A stretch of 64,000 bases of DNA from Escherichia coli (lineage in GTDB: Bacteria; Pseudomonadota; Gammaproteobacteria; Enterobacterales; Enterobacteriaceae). Shown piece after piece: positions 10,731 through 24,546 of the stretch. Below the pieces are notes generated by a model. That model ran no database searches. It worked only from the letters and a program-made list of their open reading frames with translations, and had not been told where the DNA came from. A program made the position numbers and the translations under genes. How positions within the stretch are numbered: position 1 is the stretch's first letter; each line of letters begins with the position of its first letter. The stretch is from assembly GCF_003334405.1 (NCBI RefSeq), contig NZ_QOWM01000007.1; one strand, given 5' to 3'.

Positions 10731-10841
10731 TTCCCTAAGGCCGCCTGGCGCGGCCTGACATCTCCATGCTCGCCGTCAGGGAGCATATGCGAATCTTCGG
10801 ATTTGCAGGTACTTACTCGCTTCTTAGAAGGAGAAATGACT

Positions 10842-11270
10842 ATGCGTAACTTCGATTTATCCCCACTGATGCGTCAATGGATCGGTTTTGACAAACTGGC
10901 CAACGCACTGCAAAACGCCGGTGAAAGCCAGAGCTTCCCGCCGTACAACATTGAGAAAAGCGACGATAACCACTACCGCATTACCCTTGCGCTGGCAGGT
11001 TTCCGTCAGGAAGATTTAGAGATTCAACTGGAAGGTACGCGCCTGAGCGTAAAAGGCACGCCGGAGCAGCCAAAAGAAGAGAAAAAATGGCTGCATCAAG
11101 GGCTTATGAATCAGCCATTTAGCCTGAGCTTTACGCTGGCTGAAAATATGGAAGTCTCTGGCGCAACCTTCGTAAACGGTTTACTGCATATTGATTTAAT
11201 TCGTAATGAGCCTGAACCCATCGCAGCGCAGCGTATCGCTATCAGCGAACGTCCCGCGTTAAATAGCTAA
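10842..11270 (+). CDS. ibpB: Small heat-shock protein IbpB
   Basis: ORF 10803..11270 trimmed to [20 protein letters not shown]... (142 aa); paralogue of the adjacent IbpA. Confidence 0.95.
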
Positions 11271-11285
11271 CTAGCTATTCTCTTT

Positions 11286-11313
11286 GCCCCGCCATTCTGG
11301 TGGGGCTTTTTTT
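11286..11313 (+). terminator. Rho-independent terminator after ibpB
   Basis: gccccgcca-ttc-tggtggggc hairpin followed by ttttttt. Confidence 0.6.
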
Positions 11314-11465
11314 GTCTTACTTACTCAACAATGCGTTAAATTTCGACTGTTTAAGATATTTCGGCACGTTCTTTCCCGTGATAATGTGCGCTATAAGGCA
11401 AATCTGCTTCACCGATTCAGCCATAATCCGTAGCAATTAAAATGTTATCTCAAGAGAAATGGACG

Positions 11466-13127
11466 ATGAGTGATATAGCATTAACGGTCAGTATTCTGGC
11501 TTTGGTGGCAGTCGTCGGTTTGTTTATCGGCAACGTCAAATTTCGCGGCATAGGATTAGGTATTGGCGGCGTGCTGTTTGGTGGGATCATCGTCGGCCAT
11601 TTTGTTTCTCAGGCGGGGATGACATTAAGTAGCGATATGCTGCATGTTATTCAGGAATTTGGCCTGATCCTGTTCGTTTATACTATCGGGATTCAGGTAG
11701 GGCCGGGCTTCTTTGCCTCATTGCGCGTCTCCGGATTACGCCTCAACCTGTTTGCTGTTCTGATCGTCATCATCGGTGGTCTGGTTACCGCCATCCTGCA
11801 TAAACTGTTTGATATTCCACTGCCGGTAGTGCTGGGGATTTTCTCCGGTGCGGTTACCAATACGCCAGCGCTGGGGGCAGGGCAGCAGATTTTGCGCGAC
11901 CTGGGTACACCAATGGAAATGGTCGATCAGATGGGGATGAGTTACGCGATGGCGTATCCATTCGGCATTTGCGGGATTTTGTTCACCATGTGGATGTTGC
12001 GGGTTATTTTCCGCGTCAATGTCGAGACAGAAGCTCAGCAGCACGAGTCTTCACGCACCAATGGCGGCGCGCTGATCAAGACTATCAATATTCGCGTTGA
12101 GAACCCTAACCTGCATGATTTAGCCATTAAAGATGTACCGATTCTCAACGGCGACAAAATTATCTGCTCGCGTCTGAAACGCGAAGAAACCCTAAAAGTT
12201 CCTTCGCCAGATACCATTATCCAACTGGGCGATTTGCTGCATCTGGTGGGTCAGCCAGCGGATTTACATAATGCGCAACTGGTGATTGGTCAGGAGGTCG
12301 ATACTTCGCTGTCCACGAAAGGCACTGATTTGCGCGTCGAGCGTGTGGTGGTCACCAATGAAAACGTGCTCGGAAAACGTATTCGCGACCTGCACTTTAA
12401 AGAACGCTATGACGTTGTTATCTCGCGCCTGAACCGTGCCGGGGTCGAACTGGTCGCCAGTGGCGATATCAGCCTGCAGTTCGGCGATATCCTCAATCTG
12501 GTGGGGCGTCCGTCCGCAATTGATGCCGTTGCCAATGTGCTGGGGAATGCGCAGCAAAAACTGCAACAGGTTCAGATGCTGCCAGTGTTTATTGGCATCG
12601 GGCTAGGCGTATTGTTAGGTTCTATTCCCGTCTTTGTGCCAGGATTCCCGGCCGCGTTGAAACTGGGGCTGGCGGGCGGACCGCTGATTATGGCGTTGAT
12701 CCTCGGGCGTATCGGCAGTATCGGCAAGCTGTACTGGTTTATGCCGCCAAGCGCCAACCTCGCGCTGCGGGAGCTGGGGATCGTGCTGTTCCTCTCGGTC
12801 GTTGGTCTGAAATCTGGTGGGGATTTTGTGAATACCCTGGTCAATGGCGAAGGGCTAAGCTGGATTGGTTATGGTGCCCTGATCACCGCCGTTCCGCTGA
12901 TTACTGTTGGCATTCTGGCGCGGATGTTAGCCAAAATGAATTACCTGACCATGTGCGGGATGCTGGCAGGTTCCATGACCGATCCTCCGGCGCTGGCGTT
13001 TGCTAATAATCTTCATCCAACCAGCGGTGCGGCGGCGCTCTCTTACGCCACTGTCTATCCGTTGGTAATGTTCCTGCGCATTATCACCCCCCAATTACTG
13101 GCGGTGCTCTTCTGGAGTATCGGTTAA
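11466..13127 (+). CDS. yidE: Putative transporter YidE (aspartate:alanine exchanger-type fold with central TrkA-C domains)
   Basis: ORF 11442..13127 trimmed to [18 protein letters not shown]... (553 aa); hydrophobic halves flank a soluble middle region. Confidence 0.9.
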
Positions 13128-13840
13128 CTCTTTTCCGGGTGGAGTCGCCGTAAATGGTACTCCACCTGGTATTCGCTGGCATTTCTGAACATCACTGAAT
13201 AATTCAAAAACTCCCCGCTCTCGCTATATGACAACGAGGTGATCCGCAGCAGTGGCGTGTGTTCCGCTACCTTCATTTGCCGCGCCAGCAGTCTATCGGC
13301 GAGCACTGGCGTCAGGCTTTCATAATTACCGCCAATCAAAATCCCGCACTCTTGTTCAATATATTCAAACTTCGACCCTTCCAGATGTTGCAGCGAAAGA
13401 TTACGGAACAGTTTTACCGGCATATAGCTGTCTTCCAGCATCAGCGGTTTCCCTTCCACAAAACGAACGCGACGGGAGAAGTAGATCTGCTCGTTGATTT
13501 GAATCCGTAACTGGCTGGCAATGGCCGGAGGCGCAGGCATGATTTCAAAAATCAGCACCTGGCTGGTGACCGTTTTTCCCTGCCGTTTTAACACCTCCAC
13601 CAGCCCGGTCAGACTGGCGGTTTGATGCAGTACATCTTTGCGCACCAGGTAAGTGCCACTACCGTGGCGGCGGACCACCAGCCCCCACGCTACCAGCAGG
13701 TCAATGGCTTTACGGATGGTCATCCGCGATACCGCAAACTCTTCCGCCAGCTTTTTTTCACCGGGAAGAAGGCTGTTTAGCGTGAAATCTGCGGAGTTAA
13801 GTCGAATTCTTAACCGCTCCGCAATGCTTTTGTAGATCAT
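13124..13840 (-). CDS. yidP: GntR-family transcriptional regulator YidP
   Basis: ORF 13124..13999 trimmed to [14 protein letters not shown]... (238 aa); N-terminal HTH ([25 protein letters not shown]) plus UTRA-like C-terminal domain; 3' end overlaps the yidE stop by 4 bp. Confidence 0.85.
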
Positions 13841-14135
13841 CTCTAGATCTCTTTTTTGCCTGCAAGCCCGGGTAATGCGCACACAAGTTCTGCTTAATCG
13901 ATTGAAAAAACATCTTTTTTTTAAAGATGTGTTCGATGCTGTGTACCTGTGCTCACAGAGGTCTACTTTTTCGCGAAAACGTAGATCTCTACCGCCCAAC
14001 GAAAAGCATGAAAGCGATCACGAATCCCATTGGGTCGTCATGTTCTGCCGATCGCATCTTCCTATCCTCGCTCCAGGCCTGCCGCATAACCAATCAGGCT
14101 TCCTACTTACAGAATTGAGAAAAGAGGATGTGGAA

Positions 14136-17456
<3,321 letters not shown>

Positions 17457-17622
17457 TTTAATATCCCTCCGGCGAATTATGCTCACAACCTGAACTTAAC
17501 AGAAAACAATCCGTTCAGGGATACGACGTTTGTATTTTAAGAATCTGACTGCCTGACCCGACGCATTTTACCTCTCCCTATATTCATGCGTCCGGGACAT
17601 AAACATAAATAAGGGCTATGAG

Positions 17623-19338
17623 ATGAATTCGTTACAAATCTTGAGTTTTGTCGGTTTTACGCTGCTGGTGGCGGTGATCACCTGGTGGAAGGTCCGCAAA
17701 ACAGATACCGGATCGCAACAAGGCTATTTTCTTGCCGGACGTTCACTAAAAGCGCCGGTTATTGCCGCTTCGTTAATGCTAACCAACCTTTCCACGGAAC
17801 AACTGGTCGGCCTTTCCGGGCAGGCCTACAAAAGCGGCATGTCGGTGATGGGCTGGGAAGTGACTTCAGCGGTGACGCTGATCTTCCTCGCGCTAATCTT
17901 TTTACCGCGCTATCTGAAGCGCGGCATTGCCACCATCCCCGATTTTCTGGAGGAACGTTATGATAAAACGACGCGTATTATCATCGACTTCTGCTTCCTA
18001 ATTGCCACCGGCGTCTGCTTTCTGCCGATTGTTCTCTACTCCGGCGCGTTGGCGCTCAACAGCCTGTTTCACGTCGGGGAATCGCTACAGATTTCTCACG
18101 GTGCGGCTATCTGGCTACTGGTAATTTTGCTTGGTCTGGCGGGAATTTTGTATGCGGTGATCGGCGGACTGCGCGCAATGGCAGTGGCGGACTCCATCAA
18201 CGGTATTGGGCTGGTTATCGGCGGGTTGATGGTGCCGGTATTTGGCCTGATCGCGATGGGCAAGGGCAGCTTTATGCAGGGCATTGAGCAACTCACCACC
18301 GTTCACGCCGAGAAATTAAACTCAATCGGTGGCCCGACCGATCCCTTGCCGATTGGCGCGGCATTTACCGGTTTGATTCTGGTGAACACCTTTTACTGGT
18401 GTACAAATCAGGGCATCGTGCAACGCACGCTGGCGTCAAAAAGCCTGGCGGAAGGGCAAAAGGGGGCGCTGTTAACGGCGGTGCTGAAAATGCTCGACCC
18501 GCTGGTACTGGTGCTGCCAGGGTTGATTGCGTTTCATCTGTATCAGGATTTACCGAAAGCCGACATGGCCTACCCGACGCTGGTCAATAACGTTCTGCCA
18601 GTGCCAATGGTGGGTTTCTTCGGCGCGGTGTTATTTGGTGCGGTGATCAGTACCTTCAACGGCTTTCTGAATAGCGCCAGTACGTTATTCAGTATGGGTA
18701 TTTACCGTCGCATCATTAACCAGAATGCCGAGCCGCAGCAGCTGGTCACCGTCGGGCGCAAATTTGGTTTCTTTATCGCTATCGTTTCGGTGCTGGTCGC
18801 GCCGTGGATCGCCAACGCGCCGCAGGGGCTGTATAGCTGGATGAAACAGCTCAACGGCATTTACAACGTGCCGCTGGTTACCATCATCATTATGGGCTTT
18901 TTCTTCCCGCGCATCCCGGCGCTGGCGGCAAAAGTAGCGATGGGGATTGGCATAATCAGCTACATCACCATCAACTATCTGGTGAAGTTCGACTTCCATT
19001 TCCTCTATGTGCTGGCCTGTACGTTCTGCATCAACGTGGTCGTGATGCTGGTGATCGGTTTTATCAAACCGCGCGCCACGCCGTTCACCTTCAAAGATGC
19101 GTTTGCGGTGGACATGAAACCGTGGAAAAACGTCAAGATCGCGTCAATTGGCATCCTGTTCGCGATGATTGGCGTCTATGCCGGGCTGGCTGAATTCGGC
19201 GGCTACGGTACGCGCTGGTTAGCGATGATCAGTTATTTCATTGCCGCCGTAGTGATTGTCTACCTGATTTTTGACAGCTGGCGGCATCGTCACGACCCAG
19301 CCGTAACCTTTACTCCCGACGGGAAGGATAGCCTATGA
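17623..19338 (+). CDS. yidK: Sodium:solute symporter (SSS family) YidK
   Basis: 571-aa polytopic membrane protein recognised as YidK. Confidence 0.9.
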   Translation: MNSLQILSFVGFTLLVAVITWWKVRKTDTGSQQGYFLAGRSLKAPVIAASLMLTNLSTEQLVGLSGQAYKSGMSVMGWEVTSAVTLIFLALIFLPRYLKRGIATIPDFLEERYDKTTRIIIDFCFLIATGVCFLPIVLYSGALALNSLFHVGESLQISHGAAIWLLVILLGLAGILYAVIGGLRAMAVADSINGIGLVIGGLMVPVFGLIAMGKGSFMQGIEQLTTVHAEKLNSIGGPTDPLPIGAAFTGLILVNTFYWCTNQGIVQRTLASKSLAEGQKGALLTAVLKMLDPLVLVLPGLIAFHLYQDLPKADMAYPTLVNNVLPVPMVGFFGAVLFGAVISTFNGFLNSASTLFSMGIYRRIINQNAEPQQLVTVGRKFGFFIAIVSVLVAPWIANAPQGLYSWMKQLNGIYNVPLVTIIIMGFFFPRIPALAAKVAMGIGIISYITINYLVKFDFHFLYVLACTFCINVVVMLVIGFIKPRATPFTFKDAFAVDMKPWKNVKIASIGILFAMIGVYAGLAEFGGYGTRWLAMISYFIAAVVIVYLIFDSWRHRHDPAVTFTPDGKDSL

Positions 19339-20828
19339 AACGCCCCAATTTTCTGTTCGTCATGACCGATACCCAGGCCACCAATATGGTCGGTTGCTAT
19401 AGCGGTAAACCGCTGAATACGCAAAATATTGATAGTCTGGCGGCGGAAGGTATTCGCTTTAATTCCGCCTACACCTGTTCACCGGTTTGTACGCCTGCAC
19501 GGGCCGGACTATTTACCGGTATCTACGCTAACCAGTCCGGCCCGTGGACCAACAACGTCGCGCCAGGCAAAAACATCTCCACTATGGGGCGCTACTTTAA
19601 GGATGCCGGCTATCACACCTGTTACATCGGCAAATGGCATCTCGACGGTCATGACTATTTCGGCACTGGCGAGTGTCCGCCGGAGTGGGACGCTGATTAC
19701 TGGTTCGATGGGGCGAACTATCTTAGCGAACTGACGGAAAAAGAGATTAGCCTGTGGCGCAATGGCCTAAACAGCGTCGAAGATTTACAGGCGAACCATA
19801 TCGACGAAACCTTCACCTGGGCGCATCGTATCAGCAATCGGGCGGTGGATTTTCTGCAACAGCCTGCGCGCGCAGACGAGCCTTTCCTGATGGTGGTTTC
19901 GTATGATGAGCCGCATCACCCGTTCACCTGTCCGGTGGAGTATTTAGAGAAATACGCTGATTTTTACTACGAGCTGGGCGAGAAAGCACAGGATGACCTG
20001 GCTAACAAACCGGAACATCACCGCTTATGGGCGCAGGCGATGCCATCGCCAGTCGGTGATGACGGGCTTTATCACCATCCGCTCTATTTTGCCTGTAATG
20101 ACTTTGTTGATGACCAAATCGGACGGGTCATCAATGCCTTAACGCCAGAGCAACGTGAAAATACGTGGGTTATTTATACCTCCGATCACGGCGAAATGAT
20201 GGGCGCACATAAGCTGATCAGTAAAGGGGCGGCGATGTATGACGACATCACCCGCATTCCGCTGATCATCCGTTCGCCGCAAGGGGAGCGGCGACAGGTC
20301 GATACGCCAGTCAGTCATATCGATTTACTGCCGACAATGATGGCGCTGGCAGATATTGAAAAACCAGAGATTCTGCCGGGGGAAAATATCCTTGCCGTGA
20401 AAGAGCCACGCGGCGTGATGGTGGAATTTAACCGCTACGAGATTGAGCATGACAGCTTTGGCGGTTTTATTCCGGTGCGTTGCTGGGTGACGGATGACTT
20501 TAAACTGGTACTCAACCTCTTCACCAGTGATGAACTTTACGATCGCCGTAATGACCCAAATGAAATGCATAACCTGATCGATGATATCCGTTTTGCAGAC
20601 GTTCGCAGCAAAATGCATGACGCCTTATTGGATTACATGGACAAAATTCGCGATCCGTTCCGCAGTTACCAATGGAGTCTGCGTCCGTGGCGTAAAGATG
20701 CACGGCCGCGCTGGATGGGGGCGTTTCGTCCACGTCCACAAGATGGCTATTCGCCAGTTGTACGCGACTATGACACCGGCCTACCGACACAAGGGGTGAA
20801 GGTGGAGGAGAAAAAACAGAAGTTCTGA
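19335..20828 (+). CDS. yidJ: Putative sulfatase YidJ
   Basis: 497-aa ORF; N-terminal sulfatase signature around CSPVCTPARAGLFTG (the C-x-P-x-R formylglycine motif); ATGA overlap with yidK. Confidence 0.9.
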   Translation: MKRPNFLFVMTDTQATNMVGCYSGKPLNTQNIDSLAAEGIRFNSAYTCSPVCTPARAGLFTGIYANQSGPWTNNVAPGKNISTMGRYFKDAGYHTCYIGKWHLDGHDYFGTGECPPEWDADYWFDGANYLSELTEKEISLWRNGLNSVEDLQANHIDETFTWAHRISNRAVDFLQQPARADEPFLMVVSYDEPHHPFTCPVEYLEKYADFYYELGEKAQDDLANKPEHHRLWAQAMPSPVGDDGLYHHPLYFACNDFVDDQIGRVINALTPEQRENTWVIYTSDHGEMMGAHKLISKGAAMYDDITRIPLIIRSPQGERRQVDTPVSHIDLLPTMMALADIEKPEILPGENILAVKEPRGVMVEFNRYEIEHDSFGGFIPVRCWVTDDFKLVLNLFTSDELYDRRNDPNEMHNLIDDIRFADVRSKMHDALLDYMDKIRDPFRSYQWSLRPWRKDARPRWMGAFRPRPQDGYSPVVRDYDTGLPTQGVKVEEKKQKF

Positions 20829-20874
20829 CGATAATGCCCGCTGATGATCACCCGGCGGGCATTATTCAGGCTGC

Positions 20875-21324
20875 TTAAACCAGTGAACCGCCGGTCAGGA
20901 AGGAAAAGATAAGGAATATCAGCAAAATGCTGCACACGATGCCGATACCAAAAAGCAAGGTATGGAAAGCCAGCGTCCCGCCGCCAAAAACCAGCGCGCC
21001 GCGAATGCCCCAGCGATTTTCCTTACGCATACCGCCAATAAATGCGCAAAGTAGCGCAGCAATGGCCAGTGCGATACCGCTTTGATTGAGGATTTTATCG
21101 ACATCTACGTCCTCTTTTTTCTCCACGGTGGTAATTTTTTCGCCTTTTATTCCGGCGAGAAGACCTCTTTTAATTTCAGCCGTTTTGTCCGCCACGATGC
21201 TTTCAAACGTTGGCGGTGGTGCGGAGAAAGGGCCGAATGAAAAGTGGATAATCCCCATCATTAAAGCGATGGCACCGAACAGCATGCCCAATGAACTGAT
21301 TTTATTTTGAGCTATGATACCCAT
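20875..21324 (-). CDS. yidI: Small inner-membrane protein YidI
   Basis: ORF 20875..21432 trimmed to MGIIAQNKISSLGMLFGAIALMMG... (149 aa). Confidence 0.8.
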   Translation of the reverse strand: MGIIAQNKISSLGMLFGAIALMMGIIHFSFGPFSAPPPTFESIVADKTAEIKRGLLAGIKGEKITTVEKKEDVDVDKILNQSGIALAIAALLCAFIGGMRKENRWGIRGALVFGGGTLAFHTLLFGIGIVCSILLIFLIFSFLTGGSLV

Positions 21325-21431
21325 CTGACCTCCTTGTAGCGGATGGCAAAAGCATATCAGGAAACGGGCGGACGAAATTCTTAAAAAAACCGCTAAAGGT
21401 AGAGCGTTAGTGAAATTGCAAAGGAGCAACA

Positions 21432-21779
21432 ATGAAAATTTCCCGCCTCGGAGAAGCGCCTGATTACCGCTTCTCGCTGGCTAATGAGCGTACTTTTCTG
21501 GCGTGGATCCGTACTGCACTAGGATTTCTGGCGGCGGGGGTTGGGCTTGATCAACTTGCGCCAGATTTCGCCACGCCCGTCATTCGCGAACTGCTGGCGT
21601 TGTTGTTGTGTCTGTTTTCCGGCGGGTTAGCGATGTATGGCTACTTGCGCTGGTTACGCAATGAAAAAGCGATGCGTCTGAAAGAGGACCTGCCCTACAC
21701 CAACAGCTTATTAATCATTAGCTTAATATTGATGGTCGTGGCGGTGATCGTTATGGGACTGGTGTTGTATGCCGGATAG
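21432..21779 (+). CDS. yidH: DUF202 inner-membrane protein YidH
   Basis: 115-aa ORF recognised as YidH. Confidence 0.85.
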   Translation: MKISRLGEAPDYRFSLANERTFLAWIRTALGFLAAGVGLDQLAPDFATPVIRELLALLLCLFSGGLAMYGYLRWLRNEKAMRLKEDLPYTNSLLIISLILMVVAVIVMGLVLYAG

Positions 21780-22131
21780 CCGCAAAGCCAGACGCATTGC
21801 CGACCCAGGACTGCAGCCGGAGCGCACATCACTGGCGTGGTTTCGTACCATGCTGGGCTACGGCGCGTTGATGGCGTTGGCTATCAAACACAACTGGCAC
21901 CAGGCGGGCATGTTATTCTGGATTTCGATTGGCATTCTCGCCATCGTGGCGCTGATCCTCTGGCACTACACCCGTAATCGCAATTTAATGGATGTCACGA
22001 ATAGCGATTTTTCCCAATTTCACGTAGTCCGTGACAAATTTTTGATCTCCCTCGCGGTGTTATCTCTCGCAATACTGTTTGCTGTAACGCATATACATCA
22101 ACTTATCGTATTTATTGAGAGAGTCGCATGA
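21769..22131 (+). CDS. yidG: DUF202 inner-membrane protein YidG
   Basis: 120-aa ORF; overlaps the yidH 3' end by 11 bp. Confidence 0.85.
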   Translation: MPDSRKARRIADPGLQPERTSLAWFRTMLGYGALMALAIKHNWHQAGMLFWISIGILAIVALILWHYTRNRNLMDVTNSDFSQFHVVRDKFLISLAVLSLAILFAVTHIHQLIVFIERVA

Positions 22132-22625
22132 CAGGAAGTCAGGTCATTGATGCTGAAGAGGACAGGCATAAACTGGTTGTAGAGTACAAGGATGCTCTGC
22201 AACCTGCCGATTTTTATCACAATTTCAAACAGCGGGGCATCCGCTCCGTACAGCTCATTCCCTATCTTGAATTTGATGACCGGGGCGATCTGACGGCCGC
22301 TTCGGTGACAGCAGAGCTGTGGGGGAAATTTTTAATTGCCCTGTTCGAGTGTTGGGTGCGGGCAGATATCAGTCGTATCTCGATTGAGCTTTTTGACGCC
22401 ACCTTACAAAAATGGTGTGGCAGCGAAAACCCGCAACCGCGCTGTGACTGCCAGGCGTGCGACTGGCATCGCCTGTGCCCGCACGCTCGGCAGGAGACGC
22501 CAGACAGCGTGCTTTGTGCGGGCTATCAGGCGTTTTATTCTTACTCCGCACCGCATATGCGGGTGATGCGTGATCTGATAAAGCAGCATCGTTCTCCCAT
22601 GGAGCTGATGACGATGCTGCGGTGA
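22128..22625 (+). CDS. yidF: YidF, Cys-rich protein resembling the C-terminal auxiliary-cluster domain of anaerobic sulfatase-maturating enzymes
   Basis: 165-aa ORF with CDCQACDWHRLC and a further Cys pair; no CxxxCxxC radical-SAM motif; ATGA overlap with yidG. Confidence 0.8.
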   Translation: MTGSQVIDAEEDRHKLVVEYKDALQPADFYHNFKQRGIRSVQLIPYLEFDDRGDLTAASVTAELWGKFLIALFECWVRADISRISIELFDATLQKWCGSENPQPRCDCQACDWHRLCPHARQETPDSVLCAGYQAFYSYSAPHMRVMRDLIKQHRSPMELMTMLR

Positions 22626-22632
22626 CGTGCGC

Positions 22633-23817
22633 TTAAACGGGCTGCCCCTGATGCGACATCCGCGTCGCCAGCGGCAGCCAGCACAGCACGATCAACAATC
22701 CCATTAAGGTCATCAACAACCCCAGGCTGCCCTGACCGGTTTGCGGCAACATCGCAGAGAGCGACGCCAGCACGCCGGAACCAATGTTTTGCAGACCGCC
22801 GACCAGCGCGCCAGCCGTGCCCGCCAGGAAGGGGAACGGCTCCATCGCGCCGCTGGTCGCCAGCGGAAACAGCATCCCGGCACCGAAAAAGAACAGCGCG
22901 GCGGGAACGAGCAGCGTCCAGACATTCATCACGCCAAACCAGTCGGGGATCCACATCAGCAAGCCAGCCAGCAGGCAGCAGATAACCGACTGCCACATTA
23001 ACGTGGAGAAGCGTTTATTGGGACGTCCGGCAAACCATGCGCCAAAAAACGCTGCCGGAATCGGCAGAATAAACAAAATACTGACCGTCATACTGCTCAG
23101 CCCTAACACCGCGCCCATCAGCACGCCGGAGCAGGCTTCAAAGGCGGCAATCCCGGCCAGACCGCCAATCAGCATCAGCAAATAACAGTTAAAACCGCTG
23201 TTACCGAAAAGCGTTTTATAACTGGTAAGCAGGCGCGTGCGCGGTGCATCGACCGGACGCGTTTCCGGCATCCAGCGGGCCATACTGAAGGTCACACCAG
23301 CACAAAGAACCAACAAAAAGAGATAACAGGCGCGCCAGTTCCACATCGTATCCAGCAGACCGCCGATTAGCGGTGCGAGCAACGGACTGACGAGAATCCC
23401 CATGTTTAACAGGCTGTTAGCATGGCGCAACTGTGTCCGTTCATATAAATCTCGCGGTAAAGTACGCGCCATTACGCCGCCAACGCCGGTGCCCATCCCC
23501 TGCATCGCGCTGGCGGCAATCAACACCGTCAAACTGGAGGTCGTGACCGCGACCAGCGTTGCCAGCATAAAAATGGACATTCCGACGAGGATCACCGGTC
23601 GGCGGCCCACGCGGTCGGAAATCGGGCCATAAAACAGCTGTGAGACACCGTAAGTCAGCAGATAAGCGCCCATTACGCTCTGCACCGCCCCTTCACGGAC
23701 GTTGAGATCGCGCGCCATATCGGCAATAGCTGGAATATAAATGGTTTGCGCCATCTGACCGACGGCCACGAGTAATACCAACATCAATAACAAATTGACG
23801 TTTCTTTGCCTTTTCAT
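22633..23817 (-). CDS. emrD: Multidrug efflux MFS transporter EmrD
   Basis: ORF 22633..23823 trimmed to MKRQRNVNLLLMLVLLVAVGQMAQ... (394 aa). Confidence 0.9.
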   Translation of the reverse strand: MKRQRNVNLLLMLVLLVAVGQMAQTIYIPAIADMARDLNVREGAVQSVMGAYLLTYGVSQLFYGPISDRVGRRPVILVGMSIFMLATLVAVTTSSLTVLIAASAMQGMGTGVGGVMARTLPRDLYERTQLRHANSLLNMGILVSPLLAPLIGGLLDTMWNWRACYLFLLVLCAGVTFSMARWMPETRPVDAPRTRLLTSYKTLFGNSGFNCYLLMLIGGLAGIAAFEACSGVLMGAVLGLSSMTVSILFILPIPAAFFGAWFAGRPNKRFSTLMWQSVICCLLAGLLMWIPDWFGVMNVWTLLVPAALFFFGAGMLFPLATSGAMEPFPFLAGTAGALVGGLQNIGSGVLASLSAMLPQTGQGSLGLLMTLMGLLIVLCWLPLATRMSHQGQPV

Positions 23818-23991
23818 TATCACGGATGCTTTTATAAAAATAATTAGAATAAGTCACTACGCATTCCCATAAATGCGGGAGAGGAATCTATCACATTGAT
23901 GAATGTTAGCCAGATATACGCCAGGAATGGGGAATTGTTTAGCGGCAGAATATGTAAACAAAAGCGGCAATAAATGTTGCCGGGAGAGATG

Positions 23992-24028
23992 GTAGGGCGG
24001 ATAAGATGCGTCAGCATCGCATCCGACA
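23992..24028. repeat. REP element
   Basis: gtagggcggataagatgcgtcagcatcgcatccgaca resembles the REP consensus. Confidence 0.5.
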
Positions 24029-24042
24029 CCAACCCGCACGCT

Positions 24043-24077
24043 AAATATAAAAGGGGAGCGGTTTCCCGCTCCCCTTT
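24043..24077 (-). terminator. Rho-independent terminator of the tisAB transcript
   Basis: aaggggagcgg-ttt-cccgctcccctt hairpin 20 bp past the tisB stop, followed on the minus strand by a T-run. Confidence 0.6.
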
Positions 24078-24096
24078 GGTGCGACTTGAATCTGAA

Positions 24097-24186
24097 TTAC
24101 TTCAGGTATTTCAGAACAGCATCAAGCAGTTGCAGTGCTGCAACAATGAGTTTGAGGATAAGAATGGCGATATCCACCAGGTTCAT
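24097..24186 (-). CDS. tisB: Type I toxin TisB (29-aa membrane peptide, SOS-induced)
   Basis: Minus-strand translation gives MNLVDIAILILKLIVAALQLLDAVLKYLK then stop; too short for the ORF track. Confidence 0.9.
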   Translation of the reverse strand: MNLVDIAILILKLIVAALQLLDAVLKYLK

Positions 24187-24420
24187 ACGCGTCTCCTGTG
24201 GTTCAGGAGCACTGCCAGCTGACGTACCTTTCCGCTGCCTGTTGCCAGCTGTTGTGCACGCGGTATCTCAAGGAGAAACGTTGTGCTTGTTGACATAACA
24301 CAGTGTGCTCACGCGGGGTTAAGGCGCTGACGGCACCACCCGTTTCAGCCAGGACTTAGTGCGCCGGGTAACGATGCGGCCCCCGCATAACACATTGCGT
24401 ACAGTGATATTATAGAAGTT

Positions 24421-24440
24421 TACTGTATAAATAAACAGTA
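24421..24440. promoter_or_regulatory. LexA operator (SOS box) of the tisAB/istR locus
   Basis: tactgtataaataaacagta, a perfect 20-bp palindrome matching the CTGT-N8-ACAG consensus, about 235 bp upstream of tisB. Confidence 0.85.
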
Positions 24441-24546
24441 ATATTTGGACAAAACGCAAACTGTGATCGATACTCAACTATGCACTAAATACGTCAAAAT
24501 TCGTGCCGAAATTGCGCGTTCTGCGCGGAACACGTATACTTTCAGT

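Noticed and set aside
13875-14135. 87-codon N-terminal extension of the glvC ORF in the six-frame track
   Set aside because: It overlaps the divergent yidP promoter region, has no Shine-Dalgarno and an atypical composition; the ATG at 14136 has a good Shine-Dalgarno and yields the expected EIICB length.
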